Below are positions 22,039 through 34,788 of a stretch of DNA of 64,000 nt, in pieces (the first letter of the stretch is position 1; every line of letters starts with the position of its first letter). A program made the position numbers and the translations under genes. Below the pieces are notes generated by a model. It was not told where the DNA came from. It searched no databases and saw only the letters and a program-made list of their open reading frames with translations. The stretch covers positions 37,480 through 101,479 of the forward strand of contig CAVSBT010000030.1 in assembly GCA_963726245.1 (NCBI GenBank), given 5' to 3'. This DNA comes from an uncultured Chloroflexia bacterium. GTDB taxonomy: Bacteria > Chloroflexota > Dehalococcoidia > DSTF01 > JALHUB01.

Positions 22039-25002
22039 TCACAGGTCCAGCCGGAACCCCTGGCCGCGAACCGTGACTATCAGCTCCCTGGCGGCGCCCG
22101 CCGCCCGCAGCCTCTCGCGGACGCGGTGCACCAGCGAGTCGACGGCTTCCTCCGAGACGCCGGCGGCCTCCACCCCCGGCCAGACGCGGCGAATGATCTC
22201 CTCCCTCGTGCATAGCCTGCCCGCCTTCTCGTACAGGTGGGCGAGCAGTTCGTACTGCTCCCTCGACAAGGATGGCGTGACCTCTCGGCCCCTCACGAAG
22301 AGACGGTGCGTGGCGAGGTCCAGCCGCAGCTCCTCTTCGACTGCGACCGGGCTGTCCTGTTCGGCGGGAGCCGCCCGCTCTAGCGCCCCGACGGCGACCC
22401 CCGCCGGCTCACGATGCCGCCGCCCGTTGTAGAAGACCAGGGCCACGCCTGCGGCGACCGCCATGAGCGCGGCGACGGTGGCCAGCGAGACACCCAGCGG
22501 GACCGGGAACCCTCCCCCTGCACCACCACCGGCGCCGGCCTCAGGAGAGGAGACGGCCGTGCCGGCCCCGGTCCCGGACGGGAGCACGGAGATGGGCTCG
22601 GGCGCCGCCCAGTCGAGATCCCCGCTCTTCACTGTCACCTGCACTTGGCCTGAGCGAGGGGAGGTCAACTTAGCGGTCGCTATGCCATCGATGGTCAGGG
22701 CGGCGACCTCCTGGAGGGCGCCATCCGGCATCTGAAAGCTGAAGGTCACTTTCGTGTCGTTTGGAACCCGGTGTCCGTTGCCAGCCGCCAGCGGCTGCGC
22801 CAGCGACACGGCGAACTGCTGCCCGGCCACCGGCTGGCTGGGGTCGACCGTGAGCTGAAGGTGCTGGGAGGGGTCAGCCTTCACCTGCTCGTTCAGGTCA
22901 TAAAGGACGTAATCGTTGTAGACGTAGTCGACGGGCAGGCTGCCGTGGCCAGCGCCGGTGCGGAAGATGGTCGGGTCCTGGAAGAGGGCCCGCAGGGATA
23001 CCCTCAAAGACGGCTCTGTCTTGCTGTACAGGGCGATGAACAGGTCGACGTTTCGAAGCTCGCCGGCGTCCAGGTGATAGGGCGAGTTGTAGGCGAAGAC
23101 AACGACCTTCTTGCTGCGCAGGTCGAAGAGCGACGGGCCCCTTCCCAGGAAGTCCTTCAAGACCTCTGAATCGGGAAAGCGACTCGGATCGCGCTCCAGG
23201 AAGGCGAAGACCAGCCAGTCGGCCTCCTCCACCGCCTTTCTCACTTCAGCGTCCCCCGTCCCTCTCAGGACGCTCCCCAGCTCGCTGAAGCTGATCGTCC
23301 TCAGACTGTCCTGCGAAACGCGGCCCGGGAACATCTCGGCGACCAGGCCGGCGAGCTTGCCTCGGGGCCAGAGGGGCCGGTAGCCGACGAGGTCCGAGGG
23401 CGCGGAGCACGTTGGGTCATCCCAGCACTCGACGAACAGGATCTTCTGGCCGAGGGTTGGCGCGGGCAGCGTCCTCCTGAACTCCTCCACGGCTGGCGGG
23501 ACGGATGAACGTGAGAGCTCTTTCGGCAATCGACTCCACTTTGGCTGCGCTGTCTGCCAGTCCCACGGCGGCGGGCCCGCTGGTGGCGGCCGTGACCACC
23601 GCCGGCTGCAAGCCCTGGTATAGGCGCTGCTTGAGAGAGAGGACCCGCCGTGCAGCGTCATCGACTCGCTCTCGCACCTGCGCCGTCCGCCTCGTACCGG
23701 CTCACCAGGTAGTCGACGGTCGCCGGGAGGTCTTGCCACTGCCAGGGCCGGATCAGCGGCAGGATGTCATTGCCCGCCATCAGGGCCTCCAGCGCCACGT
23801 CGCCCTGCCGGTACGTCCCGAACTTGTTCAGCGCATAGGCCTGCACCGCGCCCGCCGCCAGGTCGTCGGCCACGGTGAGGCCGCCGGCCTCACGCCAGGC
23901 GGCGAAGTCCGGCAATCCCATGAAGGTCTGCATGCAACTGGGGCTGAACGTCACGGGCGTCCGGCCGTCGCAGCCGGCGACGCCGGGGTAGCTCAGGTGG
24001 GAGTTCATGATTCCGTCGGTGACGCCGGGGTCTCCGGGCTTGCCCCGCGAAACGGCGGCGAAGGGCGCCAGGTCCACCTGCGCCAGCTCCTCCAGCGTCT
24101 TCCCCACGACGATGGGGACGTCCTCGTAGTCGACCTGCCGCGTGCTGCGGCCGTGGCCGGGGAAGTGCTTGGCCACCGTCGCCAGCCGCCCTCCTCCGCA
24201 CTTCTCCACGCCCCGCGTATAGGCGGCGCCCATCTCCCCCACCCAGCGGGGGTCGCCGCCGAAGACGCGAATCCCCTGGTCGCCGGGGCCGCCCGACCGG
24301 GGCGAGTCGAGCACGTCCAGGTCGGGACCGAAGAGCATGTTGACGCCGACGGCAGCCAGCTCCTGCCCAACGATGCAGCCCACCGTCTCGGCCTGACTCG
24401 GGTCGAAGGTGGCTCCGATGGCCATGTTGCTGGGGATAGGCGTGAAGCGGTTCAAGAGCCGGGTGGAGGGACGGCCGTCACCCTCGTGGTCGATGGTGAC
24501 GAACAGCGGCAGGCAGTAGGCCGTGCCCCCCGCGGTGCCCGCAGAGGCCTCACAGGCCGCCTGCTGCAACTGCTGGGTAAGACCCGCCACCTGCGACGGC
24601 GTGTCAGGGTCGCTGTCCTGTCGGGAAGTCGCAGTGGACGGGGTCGTCGGCGGTCCCGTTCACTATGTTGCAGTTCTCCGGGCTGAGGTAGACGCCTCCC
24701 ACCTTGTTCTCGGCGATGAACGCGCGGGCCTCGGGGCTCAGCTCCGGGCCCTGGAACCCCACGACAAATAGCTGCTCCACCTTCTCCCGCGGGCTCAAGG
24801 ACTGGAGGAGCATATTGACGAGGTCGGCTTGCGCCGGGGTAGGCTGCTGAGCGAGAGCCGGTGGGCTTCCCAGGGATGCAGCGACGAGCACCAGCGCCAG
24901 CAGGAACAGTCGTGTTCTCACGCCGCGAGTATAGCGCAGCCCCACAGCGGCGAATAGCCGCCCAGCGAACGGCATATCGCAAGACAAGCGCAAGGAAACC
25001 AC
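22039..25002 (-). CDS. membrane-anchored regulator: signal peptide, GH3 (NagZ/beta-glucosidase-like) ectodomain, Ig-like region, one TM helix, C-terminal OmpR-type winged helix; three frame breaks (~24600, ~23690, ~23490); start uncertain (25002/24975/24921)
   Basis: - Signal-like RTRLFLLALVLVAASLG (ORF 24604..25002).
- GH3 motifs VTIDHEGD and KHFPGHG (ORF 23658..24590).
- ORF 22039..23739 contains, uninterrupted, VVVFAYNSPYHLD (GH3 C-domain-like), a beta-rich segment, the TM helix VSLATVAALMAVAAGVALVFY, and LSREQYELLAHLY...VHRVRERL...TVRGQGFRLD. Confidence 0.75.
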
Positions 25003-25110
25003 GCTTGAAAAGGCGAATTTGCGTCAAGCAAGGAGGCCGCCCCAAGAACATGATGAGCCCTGGACGGGGGCTCCGGTAGCGTCCGCCGCTCGGTTGAAGG
25101 GAGAAGCGCA

Positions 25111-27628
25111 ATGGCCCGCACGATCCGCCTGCTGCGATGGTGCCTTGTCGGCAGCATAGTAGCGGCGCTGCTGGGCTACGTTGCCCTCTACCTTCTGCCG
25201 CTACCGCCTGCCCCCGCCGCCCCACCTCTGGCGGAATCGACGAAGATCCTCGACCGGCAGGGCCGTGTCCTGTACGACTCCGGCACCGCCGAGGGCCACC
25301 ACACCTACCTGCCGCTCGACCAGGTGCCCGATCACCTCAAGCAGGCGGTCATCGCCACCGAGGACGCCTCCTTCTATAGCCACCCCGGCGTCGACATCGG
25401 AGCTATCCTCCGCGCCGCGTTCACGGACCTGCGCGATCGCGAGCTGACCTCCGGCGCCAGCACCATCACGCAGCAGTTGGCCCGCAACCTCTACTTCGAT
25501 CCAGCGGAGCGCTCCTCTCGCAACCCGCTCCGCAAGCTGCGCGAGGCCGTGCTCGCCCTGCGGATGGACCGCACGCTCTCCAAAGACGAGATCCTGGAGC
25601 GGTTCCTGAACCAGGTCTACTTCGGCAACCTGGCTTACGGCGTGGAGGCGGCCTCGCGCACGTACTTCGGCAAGGGCGCCCGCGACCTGGACCTGGCCGA
25701 GTCCGCCTTGCTGGCCGGGCTGCTCCAGTCGCCCGCCGCCTACGACCCCTTCACGCAGATGGACGCCGCCAAGGCCCGGCAGGCGACGGTCCTCACGCGG
25801 ATGGCCGATGAGGGGTACATCAGCCGCTGCCGAAGCGGAGGCGGCAGGGGCGGAGCCGCTGTCCCTGAACCCCACGCCCTTCCCTATCGAGGCGCCTCAC
25901 TTCGTGGCCTGGGTGCGGGACCAGCTCCCAGGCCTGGTGGGCGAGGCGGCCGTCGCGCAGGGCGACCTGCGCGTCTACACGTCGCTCGACCTGGACCTGC
26001 AGCAGTCAGCGCAGGCGGCCGTGGCCTGGCACGTGGGCCAGCTCAAGGACCGCAACGTGACCAACGGCGCCGTCGTCGCCATCGACCCGCAGACCGGGCA
26101 GGTGCTGGCCATGGTGGGAAGCGCCGACTACTTCGACGCCGATATCGACGGCGCCGTCAACCTCACACTGGCCGAGCGGCAGCCGGGAAGCTCCATCAAG
26201 CCCGTCGTCTACGCGGCCGCGCTGGAGGCGGGGTTCACGCCGGCGTCGCCGCTGCTGGACGTGCCGACAACGCTGAAGACCCGTCGCGGCGAGCCCTACG
26301 CGCCGAACAACTACGACTTCACCTTCCACGGCGTCGTCCCCCTGCGGGAGGCGCTGGCCTCCTCCTACAACGTGCCCGCCGTCCGCGTCCTCGCCGCCAT
26401 CGGCGTGGAGCGGGCCTTCGAGATGGGCCGGCGGCTCGGCCTCACGACCTTCCGCGACCCGTCACGCTACGACCTGTCGCTGACCCTTGGCGGCGGCGAG
26501 GTGCGGCTCCTGGACCTGACGGCGGCCTACGCGGCCTTCGCCATCGGAGGCGCGCGCGTCGACCCCGTGGCCGTGCTGCGCGTCGAGGACAGCGCCGGCA
26601 ACGTCCTGTACGAGGCGCCGCGCGCCCTCGCGCGAGCCGGTGGTCTCGCCCCAGACCGCCTACCTCATCAGCGACATCCTCTCGGACAACGACGCGCGGG
26701 CGCCCGCATTCGGCCTGAACAGCCCACTCCGCCTCGACCGGCCGGCCGCCGCCAAGACCGGGACCACCAGCGACTTCCGCGACAACTGGACGGTGGGCTA
26801 CACGCCTCAACTGGCCGTGGGCGTGTGGGTGGGCAACGCCGACAACAGCCCGATGCGGAACGTGTCGGGCGTCGATGGGGCGGCGCCCATCTGGCGGGAC
26901 GTGATGCAGACAGCCCTGAAGGGCACAGCCAGCCGAGGGGTTCTCGGAGCCGGAAGGGATCGAGCGGGCGTCCGTATGCCTGCCGTCCGGCCTCCTGCCC
27001 ACGCCCTACTGCCAGCGGCAGCGCACGGAAGTCTTCGCCGCCGGGACCGCGCCCACCGCCCAGGACGACTACTACCGGCCGGTTCTCGTCTGCGACGCCA
27101 CGGGCCAAGCCGTGACGCCCGGCGACACGAGCTGCCCCGGCAGCGCCAGCGAGCGCGTCTTCGCCTTCGTGCCGCTGGAGGCCATCCCCTGGGCCCGGGA
27201 GGCAGGCATCGCCCTTCCGCCGCTGCCCCCGTACACGACAGCGGTGGATACCACGCGGGGCCGTGGGACACTCACACCCCCGCCTGAAGGCGGGGGCATG
27301 GATTCGTCGCCTAATGCCCCAGCCTTCAGGCTGGGGTCTTCTGAGGCCCTGCGGCTGACCTCACCGGCCGACGGCGCGGTCTTCCACCTGAGCCGCGAGC
27401 TCGGCCCGGAGGACCAGACGCTGCGCATCGAGGCTCTGCCCGCGACGCCGGTGCGCTACGTGGAGCTCTACGTCGACGGCGCGCTCATCGGCCGCGTGGA
27501 CGCTGGTCCCTATCGGGCGTGGTGGAGTCCCAGCCCCGGGCTCCCACCAGGTCCGCGCCCGCGCCGTCGGTCTGGATGGAAACGAGACCTGGAGCGAAAC
27601 AGCGAACGTTGCGGTCCTGCCGCCGTAA
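25111..27628 (+). CDS. pbpC: class A penicillin-binding protein (transglycosylase/transpeptidase), PBP1C-like C-terminal domain; four +1 frame breaks (~25823, ~26638, ~26928, ~27540)
   Basis: GT51 motifs [12 protein letters not shown] and [12 protein letters not shown]. Transpeptidase motifs [26 protein letters not shown]-terminal beta domain [12 protein letters not shown]...[12 protein letters not shown]. Ends at TAA 27626-27628. Confidence 0.85.
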
Positions 27629-27638
27629 GGAGGGAATC

Positions 27639-30600
27639 ATGCTGTCGCGTCTGAAGACCCGCATCCAATCCCTGTCGGTCCTGCTGCGAGACCGCTGGAC
27701 GCGGCTGGGCCGGCGGCGACAGGTCGCGGTCGGCATCGTCGGCGCGCTGGTCGTGGCGGGCGGCGTCAGCGCCGCCGTTGTCCTCGGCCTGAGCGGCGGC
27801 GGCCTGCCTTCCTGCGACAAGCCCCTCTGCGCCGAGGTCATCGGCCCCGTGGGGGATGCTGTCCAGCCGATGGCGCCGGTGCGCATCCGGCTGGCCGGCG
27901 ACCTGAATCGCAAGGCGGCCGTCGAGGCCCTGCAGATCAGCAACCAGCCGGCGGGCGACAAGCGCTTCGAGGGGGACGTCCTGACGTTCCGCCCGGAGTG
28001 GCCCGGCTTCGCCAGAGGCGTGAGCTACGACGTGGCCCTGGCTCTGCCCTCCTCGGAACTCCCCGTGGGAGCGGAGCCCGTCGACATGAGCTTCCGCTTC
28101 ACCACCGACGGGAAGCTGCAGGTCTCGTCGGTCTTCCCCGAGGACGGCACACAGGAGGTGGCGCTGGACGCCGGCATCATGGTGCAGTTCAACCGCTCCG
28201 TGGCGCCCCTCACCGTCATCGACGAACGCGGGCCGCAAGGAATCATCGAGTTCGACCCGCCGGTCGCGGGCGAGGGCCGCTGGTTGAACACGTCTCTCTA
28301 CACCTTCACGCCGGCCGCCGCCGGGTGGGCGCCTGCCGCCCGATACACCGCCACCGTCAAAGCCGGGCTGGCCAACCAGTTGGGGGCCGAGCTCGAGAAG
28401 GACTACGTCTTCTCGTTCACAACGGTCTCCCCAAAGGTGCTGATCTTCTTCCCGCTGGACAACACCAAGTTCGTGGGTCCTGAAGAGGAGATCAAGGTCG
28501 GCTTCAACCAGCCGGTGGACCGGCCCTCGGCCGAGGCCGGCTTCTCGCTGGTTCCCCAGGGCACGACGAACCCGGTCGCCGGAAGCTTCGAGTGGCTCGA
28601 CGACCGGACGTTCGTGTTCCACCAGGCGCAGCCGCTCGCCCTCGCCACAACGTTCGAGGCGGCGGTCCGCGCCGGCGTCAGGGCCCTCGACGCCACCGCC
28701 GCGACAGCCGAAGACGTGCGCTGGACGTTCACCAGCATCGGGCTGCCTCACGTTGCCTCCACCGACCCCGAGAACGGCAACCAGCATGCCCAGCGCAACG
28801 GCGTCCGCATCACCTTCACGAACCCCATGGACCAGAAGTCCGTGGAGGACCACATCGTCATTTCGCCCAAGCCGGACAGCGACCCCTACATGAGCTGGGA
28901 GGCGACGGGCCTCAACCTCTACCTGGGCTTCGATATGAAACCCTCGGCCGTCTACCGCGTTACCCTGAGCACCGACGCCAGGGACCGCTACGGCCAGCCC
29001 CTCGTCGAGCCGTTGGACCTGAGCTTCGTGACCGAGCGGATGCAGCCGGGCTTCAGCATCTTCCGCTCCTCCCGCTCGGGCACGTTCAACGTCTACCTGG
29101 ACCCGACGATATTCGTTAGCTCCTGGAACCTGGAGCGCCTGGACTTCGAGCTCTATCGCATCGACCGCAACGGCCTCATCGCGACCGAACGCGAGCCCTA
29201 CCGGTCGTACACGCCGCCGCCGACCGGTCTGGTGCGGAAGTGGAGCGAGTCCGTTGAGAACCCACCTCTCGACCAGCCGACCCTCACATCCACGCGGCTG
29301 GCACAGGAAGACTCCAAGCTGCCCGAGGGAGTCTACTTCCTGCGCGTCTCCGCGCCGGGAACCGATGGCTACGACGAGATGGCCATCGTTGTCAGCAGCG
29401 TGAACGTCGCCAGCAAGTGGACGCGGGACGACCTGCTGACCTGGCTGGTGGACATGTCGACGGGCGAGCCGATAGCCGGACTGCCCTTCCAGGTCCTGGA
29501 CTCCGCCGCCAACGTCGTCGCCAGCGGTACGACAGATACGGACGGCCTGGCTCACATCAAGGTGCCGGAACCGCCTCAAGGCAACTACTGGTCGGGCTAC
29601 TACCTGTCGGCTGAGCAGGGCGGGCGGACGATCCTGGCGGGCACCGCCTGGAACGACGGCATCGGCCCCTGGAACTTCAGCTCAGACATGAGCTTCGAGT
29701 TCGCGCCGCCCGACCTCGTCGGGTATCTGTACACCGACCGGCCCATCTACCGCCCTGGCGAGACGGTGTACTTGAAGGGCGTCGTGCGCGGGGACGACGA
29801 CGCACGCTACTCAATGCCCTTCCGGCCCCACGCTTGCCCTCACGATTCGCGACGAGCAGGGCCGGGTGGTGAACAGCCAGTCTGTCACCCTCTCCGACAT
29901 GGGAACCTTCGACACGGACCTCGCCCTCAGCTCCGAGGCGTCGACCGGCATGTACTACGCCTCCCTGACGCAGGGCCAGCCCTCGCCAGACGTCTACCGC
30001 CCGGACGTGGCCTACGTTTCCTTTAGGGTGGCGGAGTTCCGCAAGCCCGAGTTCGAGGTCAACGTCACCACTGACAAGGACTCTTATGTCAACGGCGAGA
30101 CGATCCAGGCGAGTGTCGCGGCCGACCTCTTCTTCGGCGCTCCCCTGGCCAACGCCGACGTGAAGTGGCAGATCACGGCGCAGCCGTTCTCCTTCCAGCA
30201 CGAGGACTACCCAGGCTACAGCTTCAGCGACTACCAGCGGGACTACCAGTACGACGACTACGGCCCGCGCTACGAGCCCCAGCAGTACATGCGCGGCGAG
30301 GGTACCGGCAAGACGGACGCCCAGGGTCGCTTCAGCTTCAGCGCGCCGGCGAATGTCTCCAGCGACCCGCTGAGCCAGACCTTCACCGTCGAAGCCACGG
30401 TCACCGACCAGAACGCGCAGTCGGTCGCCGAGTTCACGGCCGTCGAGGTGCACAAGGGGAAGTTCTACCTCGGCCTCAAGCCCGAGTCATACGTCGCCTT
30501 CGCCGGCGAGGAGACGAAGGTCAGCCTTGTGAGCATCGAACCCGATGGCAAGCCGGTCGCTAACGTGCCGGTCAAGGTCAGCATCTACGAGCGCAAGTGG

Positions 30601-33600
30601 CGCACCATCCGTCAGCGCGACCCCGACGGCCAGCAGCGCTACCACAGCGAGCCCGAGGATACCCTTCAGGAGACCATGGACGCCCGCACCGGCGCGGACG
30701 GGACGGGCGAGTTCGCCTTCACGCCGGCGAAGAGCGGCGAGTACTACGTGGTGGTCGAGGCCAAGGACAGCGCCGGCAACCCCATCAAAGCCTCGGACTT
30801 CGTGTGGGCGTCCAGCGCAGAGCACGCGAGCTGGTCGGTTGGCAACGACGACGTCATCAAGCTTGTCGCCGACAAGGCCGAGTACAGCCCCGGCGACACG
30901 GCGAAGATCCTCGTCGCAGCGCCCTTCGAGGCCAGCCGCGGGCTTGTCACCCAGGAGCGCGGCCGCCTCATAGGCTACGAGCTACATGACTTCCAGACGA
31001 ACTCCGACATCCTCGAGGTTCCGATCACCGCCGACCACATCCCCAACGTCTACGTCGGCGTCACCCTCTTCAAGCCGCCGACGGCGGACAACCCGATGCC
31101 CCAGGTGAAGTTCGGGCTGGTGGAGCTCAAGGTCTCCACCGACCAGAAGAAGCTTCGTATCTCGATCGAGCCCGACAAGGACAAGCTTCAGCCCCGCGAC
31201 ACGGTCAAGTACAAGATCACCACCACCGACAGCGAGGGCCATGGCGTCCCGGCAGAGCTCTCGCTGGCCATGGTTGACCTATCCGTGCTCTCACTTCAGG
31301 ACGAATTCGCCCGGCCCGTCCTCCAGGCCTTCTGGGACCAGCGGCCGCTCGGCGTGCTCACAGGCTCCTCCTTCGCCGTCTCCATCGACCGCGCCAACGA
31401 GCTGGCCATCAGTCGACAGGCCGGCGGCGGCAAGGGCGGCGGCGGCGGCGCCGGCGACCAGACGCGCACCTTCTTCCCCAACACCGCCTACTGGGAACCG
31501 AGCCTGCGCACGGACGGCGACGGCAAGGCCACGGTTGAGGTGAAACTGCCGGATACCCTCACCACGTGGCGTCTCACCGCCCGAGGCGTCACGACCGACA
31601 CCAAGGCCGGGGAGGCCCGCAACGACATCGTCACGTCCAAGGAGCTGATCGTGCGGCCGGCGGTGCCGCGATTCCTGGTCGCCGACGATCACGCCTTCCT
31701 GGGGGCGATCGTCCACAACTTCAGCGACGCTTCTCTTGACGTCGACGTGTCGTTGACCGCGGATGGGCTGGACGTCGAGGGGAAGGACACGCAGTCGGTG
31801 ACCATCGAGCCCGGCGAGGACGCCCTCGTGCGCTGGGAACGACGGCGCCGCCGGGCCGCGACAGCGTGGACCTCACGTTCAAGGCCGAGGGCGGCGGCAG
31901 GTCCGACTCCGTGGGGCTGACGCTGCCCCTGTACGGGTTCGTCACGCCCGAGACCGTGGGCACGGCAGGAGAGGTGACGGACGAGGCGTCGGAAGCCATC
32001 GAGGTCCCCTACTACGTGCGGCCCGACGCCGGCGAGCTGACGGTGAGCGTGTCGCCCTCGCTGGCGGCCGGGGTGAACACGGCCATCGACTACCTCAAGG
32101 AGTACCCGTGGGAGAGCACCGAGGTCACGGTCAGCCGCTTCGTGTCGGTCCTGGCCCTCCAGCGCGCCACCGAGCAGCTCGGGCTCAGCGACCTCGGCGC
32201 GCCGTCGACCGACGTGGATGCGCTGGTCCAGCGATCGCTGCAGCGGCTGTACAACTACCAGCACCAGGACGGCGGCTGGGGCTGGTGGTCCGGCGACGAC
32301 TCGGACCCGGCGATCAGCGCTTACGTAGTCGCCGGCATGGCTGAGGCCAAACGCGCCGGGTTCAGCGCGGACCAGTACGTCGACGACAGGGCCGCCGCAG
32401 TACCTCACGGGCGAACTGGACAAGTCGCGCGACGTGCTCACGCCCGAGCTCGACCTGAGCGCCTACATCCTCTACGCGCTGGCCCTTGACGGCCGCGGCG
32501 ACCTGGGGAGAACCTTCTCCATGGCCGAGCGGCGGGCCAACCTCAGCAACACCGCTAAGGCCTGGATCGCCCTGGCCATCAAGCTGAGCGGCGGCGACGA
32601 GAAGGACCCCCGCCTCACCTCGCTCCTCTCCGACCTCCAGTCGGCCGCCATCCCCTCGGCGACGGGCAACCACTGGGAGGAGGCGCAGTACAACCCGGAC
32701 ATCTTCGGCGACAGCACGCAGACCACGGCCCAGGTGCTCCAGGCTCTCACCGAGTTCCAGCCCGAGCACCCGCTGGTGGACGGCACGCTGCGCTGGCTGA
32801 TGGTCGCCAGGAAGGAGGGCCACTGGGAGTCCTCCCACGACACGGCCATCGCCCTCCTGGCGATCACCGACTTCATGCTCGTGCGCAAGGACGCGCAGGA
32901 GTCCTTCGACTATCGCGTGGAGCTGAACGGCGACGCCAAGCTCAAGGGTACGGCCGAGGCGGGCAAGGTGAACCAGGAGGATAAGACCGTCATCGACATG
33001 AAGGACCTGTTGAAGGACACGGTGAACGAGCTGAAGCTGACGCGCCAGCCATCCGATGCCGCCGGCCGCCTCTACTACACGGCGCACCTGCGCTACTTCA
33101 CGCCGGCTGAGAACATCGAGGCGGCGAACTACGGCATCGGCGTCTCCCACCAGTACTTCCGGGCCGACGTGAACCCCGAAACGCCGGTGACGGAGGTGCA
33201 GCTCGGCGACACCGTGATGGTCAAGGTGACCCTCACGGCGCCGTCCGACCTGAACTTCCTGGTGCTGGAGGACTACCTGCCCGCGGGCCTGGAACCGATC
33301 GATACCAGCCTGAAGACGACGTCCGGCGAGATCCAGCGCCGCCTCTACGAGGAGGAGCGCAAGGCGTACCAGATTCAAAAGCGTTACAGCCCCTTCGGCC
33401 ACACGGACATCCGGGACAACCGCGTCGCCTTGTTCGCGCGCTTCGTGCCCAAGGGCGTGTACGAGTACACCTACTTCGCCCAGGCGACGACGCCCGGCGA
33501 GTTCAAGCTGGCGCCGGCCACGGCCTACGAGCAGTACTTCCCGGAGGTCTGGGGCCGGAGCGACGGCGGCACGTTCGTCGTGCGAGAGGAGGCGGGCGCC

Positions 33601-33828
33601 TCGCGGGGCCGGCCCCTCGAGCCTCCCCAGGTGAGCATCACGGGCGACGCGCCTCCCGACGCCGCGCCGCCATCGCGCGAGGTCTCGACACGGCTTCCGT
33701 GCTTCGCTGCCCCCTTGTACTGCCTGGATGAATCCGAGAGAATGCGCAATCAGGCCCAGAGAGGCAGTGGAAATTGGCGGCGCCTAAAGGGTACAATCTG
33801 CTGGGCTGGAAGCAGCCCCTTGCCGTGA
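27639..33828 (+). CDS. bacterial alpha-2-macroglobulin family protein (~2,060 codons), thioester motif degenerate; three frame breaks (29826-29829, ~31850, ~32395)
   Basis: ATG 27639 after AAGGAGGG. N-terminal membrane anchor, long series of MG-type beta domains, YLKEYPWESTEVTVSRF at the position of YPYGCxEQ, C-terminal receptor-binding-like domain. Fragments are ORFs 27519..30026, 29866..31920, 31866..32489, 32434..33828. Confidence 0.8.
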
Positions 33829-33853
33829 GACAGGCGCGAGGTAGGGGAAGCCA

Positions 33854-34690
33854 ATGACACAATCTGAGGCGGTGACAGACGGAAGGTGGTCGCTGGAGAA
33901 GTTCGCCCAGAACCCCTTCTACCGGGAGATAAACCGTCGCCTGGTTGCCCTGGCCAGTCTGCGACCAGGCATGAAGGTGGTGGACCTGGGCGCTGGCACG
34001 GGCGCCGTTACCTGTCTGATAGCGCAGCACGTCTCCGGGCCCGGCGCCGAGGTGATCGCGCTGGAGCCGTCCCGGACCGCTCTGGAGGTGACGAAACAGA
34101 ATCTGGCGGACGCCAAAGATGTCGTGCTGGACTTTATCAGGGGAAGCGCGGAGAACCTCTCTCAGCTAGTTAGACGGCGGCGGCCCGTGGACGCGATCTT
34201 CTTCTGCAACGCCATTCACCTGGTGCAGGAGAAGGGCACCGTTGTCCGAGAGGTATACCGCAGCCTGCGCGACGGCGGCACGTTCTCCTTCAACACCTCC
34301 TTCTTCCAGGGGGCCGAGCCGCCGGAGTCGATGCAGTTCTACCGGCGCTGGATGATGAAGGCGCTGCGCTATCTCCGCGAGGAGTACAACCTGGCCCCTG
34401 ACAAGGCTCAGCGCGCCCTGGCCCGCCAGCAGCTCACTCCGGAAGAGTACATCGACCTGCTAGAGGCCAACGGCTTTCGCGTGCGCGAGAAGGAGGTCGT
34501 GCCCGTACCCATAACTTTGAACGGCTTCAGAGGAATCAGCGAGTACGGGCTGTTCATCGAGGGGGCTATGCCCGGCGTGCCCCTGGAACCGGCCAGCGAG
34601 GCCCTCAAGCACGCCGTGGGTGTAACGTTCGAAGAGCTGGGACTTGAGGCCTCGCCCCGCAACTGGCTTCTCGTCGTGGCGGAGAAATAG
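33854..34690 (+). CDS. class I SAM-dependent methyltransferase
   Basis: VVDLGAGTGAVT motif I, DAIFFCNAIH. Intact 278-codon ORF. Confidence 0.8.
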   Translation: MTQSEAVTDGRWSLEKFAQNPFYREINRRLVALASLRPGMKVVDLGAGTGAVTCLIAQHVSGPGAEVIALEPSRTALEVTKQNLADAKDVVLDFIRGSAENLSQLVRRRRPVDAIFFCNAIHLVQEKGTVVREVYRSLRDGGTFSFNTSFFQGAEPPESMQFYRRWMMKALRYLREEYNLAPDKAQRALARQQLTPEEYIDLLEANGFRVREKEVVPVPITLNGFRGISEYGLFIEGAMPGVPLEPASEALKHAVGVTFEELGLEASPRNWLLVVAEK

Positions 34691-34788
34691 CCGAAGGCTC
34701 GGTACCCCCGTAGAAGCCCCTCTGGTTGAGACCCCGTGGCTGACAATGGCCGGCCCAGCAAGCCTGGCCCTATAATGGCCTGGGTTCA

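Noticed and set aside
27510-29579. 689-aa minus-strand ORF. Similar cases: 32362..33402, 20182..21066, 25201..25875 (all minus strand) and 9386..10330 (plus strand).
   Set aside because: All lie opposite clearly conserved genes (A2M, hpnH, PBP, DUF3089) and have low-complexity Arg/Gly-rich composition. They are treated as shadow ORFs.
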